Positions 26,317-36,005 of a stretch of 64,000 bases of DNA are shown piece by piece. This DNA comes from Minisyncoccota bacterium. Its GTDB lineage: Bacteria; Patescibacteriota; Minisyncoccia; UBA6257; GWB1-50-10. How positions within the stretch are numbered: the first letter of the stretch is position 1; each line of letters starts with the position of its first letter. The notes beneath the pieces were generated by a model that was not told the origin of the DNA, did not search any database, and saw only the letters and a program-made list of their open reading frames with translations. Made by a program: the position numbers and the translations under genes. The DNA lies in NCBI GenBank assembly GCA_041917695.1, contig JAYRXE010000037.1, forward strand, positions 370,582-434,581, given 5' to 3'.

Positions 26317-26487
26317 TCTTTTTCCTTTCAGATATATGGAATTTTTTGCTTGGGCACTATGCCCCAGCTGCTACAGATTTTTTATCACGTAGCTGGAGAG
26401 GGGTCAATTTGAAAAAATGCGTTTTTCGTGTCGTGAACTTGATATAATAAAAGGGAGGAAAGGTCGAAAAACTGACCGATTAAACAC

Positions 26488-26700
26488 ATGAAGCTCCACA
26501 CGATCGCCTTCGTTCTCCTTGTTATCGGAGGCTTGAACTGGCTTCTTCTTGCGCTTACGGGATGGGAGGTCGGGATGCTCTTTGGCGGCATGACTGCCAT
26601 GGTTTCCCGCATCATCTACATCCTTGTCGGCCTCTCTGCTATCTACGAGGTCGCGATGCACAAGAAGATCTGTCGCGAATGCGCGAAAAGCGCAATGTAA
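26488..26700 (+). CDS. DUF378 family small membrane protein
   Basis: VIGGLNWLLLALTGWEV...FGG... is a two-TM DUF378-like signature. A gggagg RBS region lies upstream. Confidence 0.65.
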   Translation: MKLHTIAFVLLVIGGLNWLLLALTGWEVGMLFGGMTAMVSRIIYILVGLSAIYEVAMHKKICRECAKSAM

Positions 26701-26721
26701 GACGGACTCACGTCTTCACCA

Positions 26722-26746
26722 AAATCCCGCCCACGCGGGATTTTTA
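26722..26746 (+). terminator. rho-independent terminator
   Basis: aaaatcccgcc-cac-gcgggattttt. Confidence 0.7.
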
Positions 26747-26822
26747 ATTGACAAAGCAGCTTTGAAGTCCTACGGTAGGCATAGCTTAAAAACATAATTT
26801 TAAATTTAAAAAAGGAGCCTAT

Positions 26823-27665
26823 ATGCTTTCTGCTGAAGCAATTGCAAACGGAACCAAATGCATCAATGAATATATCGCCAAAAAACTCTCAGACTGGAAA
26901 GTAAAGCGCTATATCTTGGGAATCCATTGCAGCATTGTCGTGGCGTACCGCCTCGTTGATGCAAAGAATCACATCTTCAGGGGAATGATCGTAAACCACC
27001 AAAATCTTGATGGGAAAGTATTTTATGAACAGGAATTCACATCCTCTCATGAGAAATACGACCAAAACTGGGAAAATTTTTGGACGGATGCGGTTGAATT
27101 CTATCTTTTCGAAGAACAGGGCAAGATCCTGATACTTGAGGCTAAGCGCGAGCGCGAGAGGCCTAAATTCGTCAGTTTCGAAATGACCCCTGAATTATCT
27201 GTAAGCGGCATTTCCCTCTTTCCCGATAAATTGCCCATTGGAAATACCATAGGAGAGATCCATGACCCCGTCACGAGGCTCATACGCAGCAATTCCGACA
27301 GATATCTCGGCATCCACCTCACGAGAAACACCTTTTGCGTACTGGATATTGATACATGGAAACTGATCACCTCCCTCATTACCGAACCCGATGAAATCCC
27401 TATGGTTAATGATTTTCAGCTTTTCTTCGGAAAAAACGAGAAGCTCGCCGTAGTGGTAGTGAATGTCCAGCATGAAATGGCGGCGCATTGCCGCCAAAGG
27501 CTCGATATTTCATACAAGGGCGGATTCCTGAACCACAGTTACCTGGGGAATTCGGGAATCAAGTCATACCAGGGCAGACTCGATGGGGATAAATTCACCC
27601 TCACGGTCGAAACAGCGAGAGCGGGGACGGCAGTAATGCATTACGATCTTACCGAGAAAGATTAA
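26823..27665 (+). CDS. hypothetical protein
   Basis: RBS aaaaaggagcc then ATG. No recognisable family. A TTGACA element at 26748-26753 lies upstream. Confidence 0.45.
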   Translation: MLSAEAIANGTKCINEYIAKKLSDWKVKRYILGIHCSIVVAYRLVDAKNHIFRGMIVNHQNLDGKVFYEQEFTSSHEKYDQNWENFWTDAVEFYLFEEQGKILILEAKRERERPKFVSFEMTPELSVSGISLFPDKLPIGNTIGEIHDPVTRLIRSNSDRYLGIHLTRNTFCVLDIDTWKLITSLITEPDEIPMVNDFQLFFGKNEKLAVVVVNVQHEMAAHCRQRLDISYKGGFLNHSYLGNSGIKSYQGRLDGDKFTLTVETARAGTAVMHYDLTEKD

Positions 27666-27739
27666 TCCAAAAGGGGCGCATGCCCCTTTTTATTTTCCTT
27701 CGGCAACCGGTTTTTTTAGGCTATACTGACTGCACAGAG

Positions 27740-28879
27740 ATGCTTCGTTCCCTCTTCAGGAAAATCCGGAAAAGCCGCTTCGCCTACGAGCCGCTCATCG
27801 AAGTGACTATCTTTGCCGACCGGATACTCCACAATCTCCATGCGTTTCGGGAGAAATACGGCATCGCTGTCGCTCCCGTCTTGAAAAGCAACGCCTACGG
27901 CCACGGCTTGAAGGAAGTGGGCGCCATTCTAAAAGACGAGCCGCTCCCCTTTCTCTGCGTCGATTCGTACCATGAAGCGCTGTCCCTCCGGAACGAAAAC
28001 GTCGCAACGCCCATACTTATCCTCGCCTATACGTCACTCAAAAATATTCTCGCTTCGAAACTACCTCACGTTTCTTTCGCAATTATAAGCCTTGAGGAAC
28101 TTACCCTCCTTTCGTCCGAACTCCAGAAAACACGGAGCTTCCATTTGGAAATAGATACCGGCATGCATCGCCATGGCATTCGCGCAAGCGAGCTTCACAC
28201 GGCACGGGACCTTCTTTTGAAAAATCCCCATATCCGCCTTGAAGGCATTTATTCCCATTTTGCCGATGCGGGCAATCCGGATGCCGTGACGACCCATGAG
28301 CAGATACGTGCCTGGCATGAAGCGAAAAAACGCTTCACTGCCGACCTCTTTCCCCATCTTCGCTATTATCATCTTGCGGCGACCGCCGGAAGCTTCTATT
28401 CGAAAGAAATCGAGGCTAATGTCATGCGCCTCGGGCTTGGTTTATATGGCGGAAACGCCCACCAGAACGAGGATTTAAAGCTTCTCCCCGCACTCCGGCT
28501 TGAGACGGTCATCTCGTCGCTTTCTGCCGTGCATGCCGGCGAACGAATCGGCTATGGCGGAACCTACGAAGCTCCTGAGACTAAACAGATTGCCACCATT
28601 CCCATGGGGTATAACGAGGGAATCGATCGGCGGCTTTCGAATAAAGGCATCGTTACCGTGCGGGGAATTCCCTGCCCTATCCTCGGACGGGTTAGCATGA
28701 ATATTTCGACGATAGACGTTTCGGGAGTGCCCCAGCCCCGTCTGGGCGAGCGCGTCGTCGTTATTTCCGAAAATGCGTCAGATCCAAACTCGGCAGAGTA
28801 CATTGCCCATGCCTCGAACGTAATTCCCTACGAAACACTCGTGCATCTTCCCGCTTCCCTTCGCCGTACCGTCCGTTAA
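27740..28879 (+). CDS. alr: alanine racemase
   Basis: APVLKSNAYGHG (PLP-Lys motif), TGMHRHG, SMNISTIDVS. Start moved to ATG 27740 (MLRSLF). Confidence 0.85.
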   Translation: MLRSLFRKIRKSRFAYEPLIEVTIFADRILHNLHAFREKYGIAVAPVLKSNAYGHGLKEVGAILKDEPLPFLCVDSYHEALSLRNENVATPILILAYTSLKNILASKLPHVSFAIISLEELTLLSSELQKTRSFHLEIDTGMHRHGIRASELHTARDLLLKNPHIRLEGIYSHFADAGNPDAVTTHEQIRAWHEAKKRFTADLFPHLRYYHLAATAGSFYSKEIEANVMRLGLGLYGGNAHQNEDLKLLPALRLETVISSLSAVHAGERIGYGGTYEAPETKQIATIPMGYNEGIDRRLSNKGIVTVRGIPCPILGRVSMNISTIDVSGVPQPRLGERVVVISENASDPNSAEYIAHASNVIPYETLVHLPASLRRTVR

Positions 28880-29640
28880 TCGCGAGTAATGACCCGGGGC
28901 ATTACCACTTTCTGCTCCCCTGCCACGCCGGGAGCCACCTGATATTTGGGAAAATAGAACATGACCGCCTGATCGGTAAAGGTGAAATTCTCAAAATTCT
29001 CAATAGTGGGCTCAGTGCCAGACTCGATCATATCAGTCGGAGCGCCCCCTTCGAAATCGGCGGTCAATTTCGAAATAAGCACCGTACGCGCGTATTTCGA
29101 TATCTTTTGGAGATATCCATCCCCTTCTTCGGGGAACAAATCGGCAAGGGCGATCGGCTTACCCTTCCCAAAATCGTAATTGAAGGTTTTTATCTCTTGG
29201 CGCGTGTTTGCACCGCCTTCAAACGCCTCAAGCCGCAGGATAAAGCTTGCAGAATCCTCGTCGAGCTTTTCGGGCGACCAGGCAATCGAAAAAATGAAGG
29301 GCACGTCGGGAAATTCCTTCTTTGCCTCCCCTTCCGGCGCCGTAGCATTCCGTGCCTGCCAATTCTCCTCCGCGGTTTTTTTGAAATCGGCAATGCGGCC
29401 TGTCACATAGCTTTGGATCTCGCTATTCCACGCGGGGTCCGCCGAATCGAACTGGGGATATTCAGCGCGCAAATCATACAAGCGAGTATTCTCTTTCACC
29501 GAGACGATGCGCATCGGCAGCCCTTCGCGTTTCACCGCTTCCTTCATGCCCTCATCCGATTTGAAATAAGAGGATGAAAACGTGCCAAGGACGAATGCGG
29601 CAACGGCGGCGCCGATGATGATAAGCGGAGTTTTGTTCAT
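28876..29640 (-). CDS. DUF3298/DUF4163 (RsiV-like) domain protein with N-terminal signal anchor
   Basis: MNKTPLIIIGAAVAAFVLG signal anchor. The body resembles the RsiV/PdaC-type DUF4163-DUF3298 pair. Tentative. Confidence 0.5.
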   Translation of the reverse strand: MNKTPLIIIGAAVAAFVLGTFSSSYFKSDEGMKEAVKREGLPMRIVSVKENTRLYDLRAEYPQFDSADPAWNSEIQSYVTGRIADFKKTAEENWQARNATAPEGEAKKEFPDVPFIFSIAWSPEKLDEDSASFILRLEAFEGGANTRQEIKTFNYDFGKGKPIALADLFPEEGDGYLQKISKYARTVLISKLTADFEGGAPTDMIESGTEPTIENFENFTFTDQAVMFYFPKYQVAPGVAGEQKVVMPRVITRD

Positions 29641-29687
29641 ACACTCATTATACCCCTGGGCGGAGCACGGCGCATCGCGTATCATTA

Positions 29688-30647
29688 ATGCATATGGAAC
29701 TTTTCGGGCATTTCGTCGCCGGACATATCGCTCTCACCGCCATTTGGCTTTCAGCGGGTGCCTTGATCCGCGCCGTCAAAAACCTCGCCGCCACCTTCCA
29801 TAAATCGAGCTTTGTCGTATCGTTTCTTGTCTTGGGAACACTTACCTCATTAAGCGAGATCTCGGTCGCCCTTAATTCAACCGCCCTTGAAGTGCCTCAA
29901 GTCTCTGCAGGCAATCTCGTCGGCGCCTCATTTGTCCTGCTTCTTTTTGTTGTTCCGCTCCTTGCCGCGCTCGGAAACGGCATCCGCCTCAAAAAAACCT
30001 TTTCGCGGGGGAATGTGATTCTCGCCCTCCTTACCATCGCGCTCCCCGCCCTCTTCGTGATGGATGGCTCAGTGTCATGGGGTGAAGGAATTGCGGCGAT
30101 CTTCGCCTACGGGGCTTTTTTGGTTTCCATGCTCCGCGAGCAACCGGAAAAGCCAGCCCACATCCCCCGGCGGCGCGGGGCGCTTGTTTTTGACATCCTC
30201 AAAGTCATTATCGGAGCAGTCGTCATCTTCATCGCTGGCCGCATGCTCGTCTCGGAGGTTATCTACTTCGGCGGCATCCTGCATGTGCCGAATTCGCTCA
30301 TCGCGCTTATCGTCCTTTCCATCGGCACAAACATCCCTGAACTTACCATCGCTGCTCGCGCCGTCGTCTCGAAGGAAACTGATATTGCCTTCGGCGATTA
30401 TATCGGTTCGGCTGCGGTAAATACGCTTATCTTCGGTTTCTTGGGGCTCGCAAACCATGGCTTTCTCATTGAATCATCAGTTTTCACGGGTACGGCCATT
30501 CTCACCGTCTGCGGATTCGGCCTTCTCTACGTCTTCGCGAGCTCCAAGGAGACCATCTCCCGCCGCGAGGGTATGATCCTCCTTCTTTTCTATGCGGCAT
30601 TCATCATTTTCCAAACAGCGAATATTGTGACCCTCTCAAGTCGCTGA
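29688..30647 (+). CDS. Ca2+/Na+ antiporter (CaCA family)
   Basis: Two alpha-repeat signatures, GTLTSLSEISVA and GTNIPELTIA (GTSxPEL-like), and 10 TM helices. Confidence 0.8.
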   Translation: MHMELFGHFVAGHIALTAIWLSAGALIRAVKNLAATFHKSSFVVSFLVLGTLTSLSEISVALNSTALEVPQVSAGNLVGASFVLLLFVVPLLAALGNGIRLKKTFSRGNVILALLTIALPALFVMDGSVSWGEGIAAIFAYGAFLVSMLREQPEKPAHIPRRRGALVFDILKVIIGAVVIFIAGRMLVSEVIYFGGILHVPNSLIALIVLSIGTNIPELTIAARAVVSKETDIAFGDYIGSAAVNTLIFGFLGLANHGFLIESSVFTGTAILTVCGFGLLYVFASSKETISRREGMILLLFYAAFIIFQTANIVTLSSR

Positions 30648-30710
30648 TTGACAACCAGCGACTCTCTTTTCATACTGAGCAGACTTAAAAACTAAACATG
30701 GAGAGACAGG

Positions 30711-31094
30711 ATGAAAGCATCAGGGATCACGCTCCAAACAAGGATACCCACCGGCGAAACTCCCGTTCCGGCATTTTGCAGGGATTGCACCTTCGGGCCG
30801 AACGGCGTGCAGAGCTGTGCTCAGCTTCGCAAGCACCTCGAGGAGGATGGCGAAAAACCGTATTCAACATCCCCCAATGAAGTTCCGGAATGTTTTGAGA
30901 ATTCTTCCACCGGCCCGAAACGATTGTGTGCCGTATGCGCGTTCGGACCCAACTATGAAAATAATTGCGCCTATCTTGAATATGGGTACGATATTCCGAT
31001 GGCGGAAAATGGCATCTGCACCGCCTTTTCAGAAAAAACCTTCCACAAGGATTTTGTGCTATACGGAAAGAACACTCCCCACGTTCAGGCTTAA
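30711..31094 (+). CDS. small Cys-rich protein with duplicated CxxCxFGPNx(4-5)C module
   Basis: CRDCTFGPNGVQSC and CAVCAFGPNYENNC repeats; no family recognised. Hairpin terminator at 31110-31137. Confidence 0.45.
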   Translation: MKASGITLQTRIPTGETPVPAFCRDCTFGPNGVQSCAQLRKHLEEDGEKPYSTSPNEVPECFENSSTGPKRLCAVCAFGPNYENNCAYLEYGYDIPMAENGICTAFSEKTFHKDFVLYGKNTPHVQA

Positions 31095-31109
31095 TACGCA
31101 TTCATACTA

Positions 31110-31137
31110 AAACCCCCGCATGGGGGTTTTATTTATT
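31110..31137 (+). terminator. rho-independent terminator
   Basis: aaacccccgca-tgggggtttt followed by atttattt. Confidence 0.7.
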
Positions 31138-32881
31138 TAGTCTTTTTGGCAATGCGCCGCACTTTCTTCTTTGTCGCCTGTTCCGCAGCGGAAAGGCTTT
31201 TTTGGAGCTTCGTCCGTATCCGCTCCTCTTCCCGCGTGAGATCGCGCTTGGTCCGCACGCCATCAAGGGTTTTTACGGCAGACGCTACATCCCGCGCCAC
31301 TCCCTGGAAAATCGTATGGATATCGGTATCCGTATCCTCAAGAATACCCGACGCGTGGCGTTTCAAGACCGCTGCATGCCGGAGGAAACGGTTCACGAGG
31401 AGCGTGAAGAGAAGGAGACAGGCCGCGATAATGATGCCAATCGTAAGATATTGGACCAAACGGCTTCCGAACTTTGCGAGGAACGGCGCGTGGACACCGA
31501 CCGTCACGGCTTCGGTAAGAGCGCTTTCCTCCCCGGCATCGTTTACGGCTTTAAACCGGAACGTGTACGCGCCTTCCCGAAGTTTCTCGCTGAAAACAAA
31601 CGTGAATTTCCCTTCAGTATCCGCAGTCGTGCGCTCGATCTTCAGGTTTTCACCGTTCCAATCCGTATAGGCCTCAATCGCCGCTCCGGGCACCGTTTCG
31701 CCGCGAATGGCGAGGAGCGTATCGGCATACATTTCCTTCGGATAATCCGTAACTTTCGGCGTCGGCAAGCCTTCCGTTTCGAATTCCGCGAATGCCGATG
31801 CGTAATTGCCGGCCTTGTCTACTGCGCGCATCACGAGGACGTGCCGTCCCGGCGAAAGCGAGGGAGTCTCATAGCGGTGGTCGCCGTTGTCGCTCCAGGT
31901 GCTTGTCGCCCCGCCGTCTATCTGGAATTCATAATGATCGATGCCGGAGACGGTATCGGACGCACTCACGAGGAATGCCCTCCGCGAACGCGAGACCGGC
32001 TTCTGCGGATCCTCGACGATGGAAACGGTCGGTTTTTCCGCATCAATCCTGAGCGAGAAATGCTCAAGAGGACCCCATCCGGAGGCCGTACGGGCCTGAG
32101 CGTGGAAATACCATATTCCATTGCTCAAATCGGCTATTTCGCGGGAGGATATCGGCGGTTCGTAAACGCTGGTCGGCGTACTCTTCGGCGACGTATCGGC
32201 AAGAAGCCTCACTGCGGTCGCGCCTCCGGGCAATTCCCACGACAGTTTCGCCACCGTCGATGCGTACCATTTGGACGGATCGGGATGCGTCACTGACGTT
32301 ATTTTCAGAGCGCGGGAAGAAGAAGCCGGCGTGGGAACAGACTCGGTCTTTTTCGGCTCAGGTTCCGCAGGCGCCTCCGTTTCGGGAGTTTGAGAAACCG
32401 CCGTTATGCGTACCGATGCAGGAGCCGTACCCGTCAGAATATTCGTGCCTTGGCCGTCATTCGCAAGAACGCTCGCGTTGGAAAAGCCGATGGTTCCCGA
32501 ACCTGCCGAGCGGGCGCGGAACGTTACCGCCATAATCTTCCCCGCAGAACCGGTATAGCCGGGGTTTAGAACAACGCCTTCAAACTCAGCGGTCCCTCCC
32601 ACATTTGAGTATGACGGGTCTTGCGCCCACAACGAGAATATTGAGCCCGCCTTCGATATGGACGTAACCTGGAAAAGGTCCGCAGGAAATGTGAGAACGC
32701 CCGACGCGGCATTCATTGCCTCAGCGGGCGTTGAGACGAGAACGGAAAGGGTGAACGTATCGCCCACCTCGACAGCTCGAGAAGCGGGAGAAAGACTGAG
32801 CGTCGCAGCGTAAGCGATTGCTATGGGAGAAAAAACTCCCGCAGTTAAAACAAAGACAACTAATACGGCAAAACGATTCAT
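31133..32881 (-). CDS. cell-surface protein with N-terminal cohesin-like domain and C-terminal TM anchor
   Basis: Signal peptide, then LSLSPASRAVEVGDTFTLSVLV...FSNASVLANDGQGTNIL (cohesin-like beta module), a Pro/Thr-rich linker, beta-rich repeats, C-terminal TM (LTIGIIIAACLLLFTLL) and a basic tail. Confidence 0.5.
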   Translation of the reverse strand: MNRFAVLVVFVLTAGVFSPIAIAYAATLSLSPASRAVEVGDTFTLSVLVSTPAEAMNAASGVLTFPADLFQVTSISKAGSIFSLWAQDPSYSNVGGTAEFEGVVLNPGYTGSAGKIMAVTFRARSAGSGTIGFSNASVLANDGQGTNILTGTAPASVRITAVSQTPETEAPAEPEPKKTESVPTPASSSRALKITSVTHPDPSKWYASTVAKLSWELPGGATAVRLLADTSPKSTPTSVYEPPISSREIADLSNGIWYFHAQARTASGWGPLEHFSLRIDAEKPTVSIVEDPQKPVSRSRRAFLVSASDTVSGIDHYEFQIDGGATSTWSDNGDHRYETPSLSPGRHVLVMRAVDKAGNYASAFAEFETEGLPTPKVTDYPKEMYADTLLAIRGETVPGAAIEAYTDWNGENLKIERTTADTEGKFTFVFSEKLREGAYTFRFKAVNDAGEESALTEAVTVGVHAPFLAKFGSRLVQYLTIGIIIAACLLLFTLLVNRFLRHAAVLKRHASGILEDTDTDIHTIFQGVARDVASAVKTLDGVRTKRDLTREEERIRTKLQKSLSAAEQATKKKVRRIAKKTK

Positions 32882-32897
32882 ATCACTCTTAAAAGAA

Positions 32898-33788
32898 TTA
32901 CGTTCGGTTACGCTTTCTTTTTATAGTACCATACCGCACCGCGAAGAATGCGATGATCCCGACGAGCAGTATCCATATGTACGGTGACGCGATAAGGTCA
33001 TCAAAGGCGAGACGCGGGTTTGTTCCCTTTTCAGCCGGTATCACAACCTCCGCGACATTCCCTTCGGCATCGTACGCCTTCAAAACCACGTCCGACGAGC
33101 GCGATTGGTCGTATAAGAGATACGGGCTTTGCGCCTCCGCGCACGGGCGCTTGCCTTCGCACACCTCGAAACGGCTTACGCCTGAATTTTTATCCTGCGC
33201 AACCCAGAGAAGGGCGTACGCCCCTCCGTAGAGATCGCTTTCCCGCACTATCAAAGAGGTGCCTATTTCCGGCGCATCGCGATCCCGAAGAGCCGCCACA
33301 TTGCCTTCCGCGCGCGCATCGTTTTTCACCGCAACAGAAACCGGAGCAAGGTAAAGACCCGTCGGCGTGCCTTTCCCGTCATTTATAAACGCTGCTCCAT
33401 TCTGCAACGACAATTCCCCGGAGGATTCGACGCCCCCCCGCACTACCGTGGAGAAAAGCTTCCCTTCGCTTCCCCGGTATCCTCCCGGTATCACGCCCGA
33501 GAACGAAAGCGCGCCGTCCCGGACGCGCGGATTTTCAACCCACAACGAAACGATGGAATTCCCCGTCGAAATTTGTGAAAAGGAAAGCGATGACGCCGGA
33601 TACGCAAGCGCGCCCTCAAATGCATTTACCCGCTCTCCTTCCGTGTCCAAAAACCACGAAACCTCAATTGACCCGCCGGGCGGAACCTCGACTAGAGCCG
33701 GGACGGAGTACAATCGTGCGGCCTCTGCAGGCAAAGCAAAAAGAGCCGCCCCCGCCAATAAAACCGACATAGAGAATAGCTTGTTCAT
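32898..33788 (-). CDS. cell-surface protein with cohesin-like domain and C-terminal TM anchor (paralog of previous)
   Basis: Signal peptide, then LYSVPALVEVPPGGSIEVSWFLDT...SLQNGAAFINDGKGT (same module as in the neighbouring gene), and a C-terminal TM plus RKRNRT tail. Confidence 0.5.
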   Translation of the reverse strand: MNKLFSMSVLLAGAALFALPAEAARLYSVPALVEVPPGGSIEVSWFLDTEGERVNAFEGALAYPASSLSFSQISTGNSIVSLWVENPRVRDGALSFSGVIPGGYRGSEGKLFSTVVRGGVESSGELSLQNGAAFINDGKGTPTGLYLAPVSVAVKNDARAEGNVAALRDRDAPEIGTSLIVRESDLYGGAYALLWVAQDKNSGVSRFEVCEGKRPCAEAQSPYLLYDQSRSSDVVLKAYDAEGNVAEVVIPAEKGTNPRLAFDDLIASPYIWILLVGIIAFFAVRYGTIKRKRNRT

Positions 33789-33796
33789 TTTCTCCG

Positions 33797-35017
33797 TTAT
33801 CCGGACCAGTTGTACGCCATGATGCTGAAATCGACAAGCGTCACTTTTCCATCGCCGTTCAAATCAACTTTTGCCGGCGGAGCGGAACGCTTGTACCAGT
33901 ATGCCAAGACGGAAAAGTCGATGAGGTTCACCTTCCCATCCCCTGAAACGTCGGACTTCCCCGCCTTCGTGGTTTTTGCCGCCAAGACGGTCTTATCGCC
34001 GACCTTAAACGCGAGCGGGGCACTTTGTTGGCTCACTGCTCCGGAGAGCGCGGATTTTGACCGCGCCGTATGGTCGCCGTCCTCGAGGACGCCGGTATTG
34101 AACGCATACAAGTACACGCCGTCCTTGTCCGCCTTGGCCGTACCAAAATGCTCTTCATCGGAACTCACGGTAAGCGTAATTTGGCTTTCGGGGGCGCTTT
34201 GCCCGAAAAGGGTTATAGTCTCTCCGCGCTTTACCTCAACCTTGTCGGCGCCGATGGTCGGCGCGATAAAAATACCCGAAACTTGCGTCGCCGCCCCCGC
34301 CGTAATGCTGATGGGAAATGTTGATAAGGATGACCGGTATCCGTTCTTGTCTTCGCCGTACACGGAGAAAATATAATTCCCTCCGCTCAAGTTCGATATC
34401 GAAATACTGAACTGGCCGTCGGTTCCCACGCGCGACGAACCCGCCACCGATCCGTCCTTCAAAACGGTGACGTCGCTTCCGGGATACGCCCGCCCGATAA
34501 GGGTAACGCTCGTCGTGGGAGGCGGTACGCTGTTTCCCCCGCTTCCGCCACCTCCTCCTCCACCCCCGCCTCCTCCGCCTCCTCCGCTACCGCCTCCACC
34601 CGTGCTCCCCGCACTCGTCGTTGCGCTTGCCTCATCCGACGACGTGCTCGAACCCGCATCATTGAAAGCGCGCACGCGATAAAAATACGTGGTCGAAGGA
34701 AGGAGTCCTGTTCGGGTGTAGCTCGTGGCATTCGCGGGACGCGAGTCTATTTGCGTGAAAAATCCTCCGCTCCCCACTTTTTCTTCTACGTAAAAACCGT
34801 CTTCGTTGTTCGAATTGTCACTCCAACTCAAATTTATTTGTGACGCGGAAACCGACGTCGCGACAAGCGATGTCGGTTCAAGCGGAAGAACGACGATGCG
34901 AAGCGTGAGCTCGAAACCATCCGAAACCGTCTGGGCATGCGAAAAGAAAGGGAAAGCGAGTCCTATGCAAAACCCAAAAACAAGGAGTAGCGCGTTTTTT
35001 CTGTAAAACGGGCTCAC
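33797..35017 (-). CDS. surface protein: signal anchor, FN3 domain, poly-Gly tract, Ig-like repeats, two C-terminal dockerin repeats
   Basis: FN3: PTSLVATSVSASQINLSWS...YFYRVRAFNDAGSS. (G)n run of ~25 Gly. Dockerin repeats DVSGDGKVNLIDFSVLAYWY and DLNGDGKVTLVDFSIMAYNW. Start set at GTG 35017, just after the upstream gene's stop; the track ORF extends to 35122. Confidence 0.65.
   Translation of the reverse strand: MSPFYRKNALLLVFGFCIGLAFPFFSHAQTVSDGFELTLRIVVLPLEPTSLVATSVSASQINLSWSDNSNNEDGFYVEEKVGSGGFFTQIDSRPANATSYTRTGLLPSTTYFYRVRAFNDAGSSTSSDEASATTSAGSTGGGGSGGGGGGGGGGGGGGSGGNSVPPPTTSVTLIGRAYPGSDVTVLKDGSVAGSSRVGTDGQFSISISNLSGGNYIFSVYGEDKNGYRSSLSTFPISITAGAATQVSGIFIAPTIGADKVEVKRGETITLFGQSAPESQITLTVSSDEEHFGTAKADKDGVYLYAFNTGVLEDGDHTARSKSALSGAVSQQSAPLAFKVGDKTVLAAKTTKAGKSDVSGDGKVNLIDFSVLAYWYKRSAPPAKVDLNGDGKVTLVDFSIMAYNWSG
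34540..34610. repeat. CCN/GGN simple-sequence tract encoding poly-Gly
   Basis: cctcctcctccacccccgcctcctccgcctcctccgctaccgcctccacc on + strand. Confidence 0.8.
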
Positions 35018-35022
35018 GAATC

Positions 35023-35922
35023 CTATTTCTTCACCCGAACGATCCTGAATTTCTTTTTGAGATTTCCCAAGCCGAACCAAACAAGCAGTCCGAACGCCAC
35101 GACGGCAAGCGCTTCCTGCCATGGAAAGGCGAAGAAGGTTATTGTCTTCGTAACCGCTCCGCCGGGCATGGAGGACGTGAGGGTTGCCGTGAGAGGACCA
35201 AAGGCATAACGGCCCGCCACCTGCGCCTCAAAGGTACGCGTGTGGCCGGGAAAAACGATACGCGGCTCTATTGCAACCGATTTTTCGGGATAAAAAGGGC
35301 CTTTAATCGAGATGGAGCTCTCGGGATTGAAATGCGTATTACCCGTGTTTTCAAGTTTTGCCGTAAAAGAAAAGGGTCCGTGCGAAACATACGACGCGGG
35401 GCCAGTGAAAGAATCTATTTTACCGGTCTTTACGGTCGCGCCCGGAACTTCGATGAGCATCACCGTACCGACGCGCCCCGAAATGCCCACTCCCCCGTTC
35501 GGACCTGAAATACCGCGGAAAAGTATGGAACCGTAATGGCCTCCCGGCTCTGCATTTGCGGGAACATTAACCGTAAACGGAATTTGGCGGCGTTCCTGGG
35601 GTCCGAGCGTGAATTCTGTGCGGTCGATGGAAACCCACGAGGAAATGCCGTGCGGTATTTCCATGTCGATAAGATCTATCGAGCCTTCGTCGCCGCCGGC
35701 GATATTCTCGACCTCTGGATGCACGCCGATTGAGAAATCATTCGGATTGATGACGGTAATGGTGTCGGCATACGATTCGCCCTGAGCCACCGTCACATTG
35801 AACTTCACCGGATACAGCGAGATGCCCACCTGGGCGTTGCCAACCCCGGGGAATAAAAGGCACCCACCAAGAAAGAGGGCGCCAAATGATAAAACTGAGA
35901 AAATTCCAACGTGTGATTTCAT
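35023..35922 (-). CDS. secreted beta-rich protein with C-terminal TM anchor, hypothetical
   Basis: Start moved to ATG 35922 (MKSHVGIFSVLSFGALFLGG signal). C-terminal TM ALAVVAFGLLVWFGL plus KKKFRIVRVKK. Confidence 0.5.
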   Translation of the reverse strand: MKSHVGIFSVLSFGALFLGGCLLFPGVGNAQVGISLYPVKFNVTVAQGESYADTITVINPNDFSIGVHPEVENIAGGDEGSIDLIDMEIPHGISSWVSIDRTEFTLGPQERRQIPFTVNVPANAEPGGHYGSILFRGISGPNGGVGISGRVGTVMLIEVPGATVKTGKIDSFTGPASYVSHGPFSFTAKLENTGNTHFNPESSISIKGPFYPEKSVAIEPRIVFPGHTRTFEAQVAGRYAFGPLTATLTSSMPGGAVTKTITFFAFPWQEALAVVAFGLLVWFGLGNLKKKFRIVRVKK

Positions 35923-36005
35923 GTTCCTTAGTAAGAAGGATGATACCCGAATCTCTGCAGTCCGTCGAATCAAAACAACCGCTTTCGCGGCTGTTTTTTT
36001 AGCGA

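Noticed and set aside
31146-32296. Plus-strand ORFs 31146-31670 and 31202-32296 (364 aa)
   Set aside because: They are antisense to the cohesin-like surface protein gene. Arg-rich composition is typical of GC-rich antisense frames.
33810-34376. Plus-strand 188-aa ORF
   Set aside because: It is antisense to the FN3/dockerin surface protein gene.
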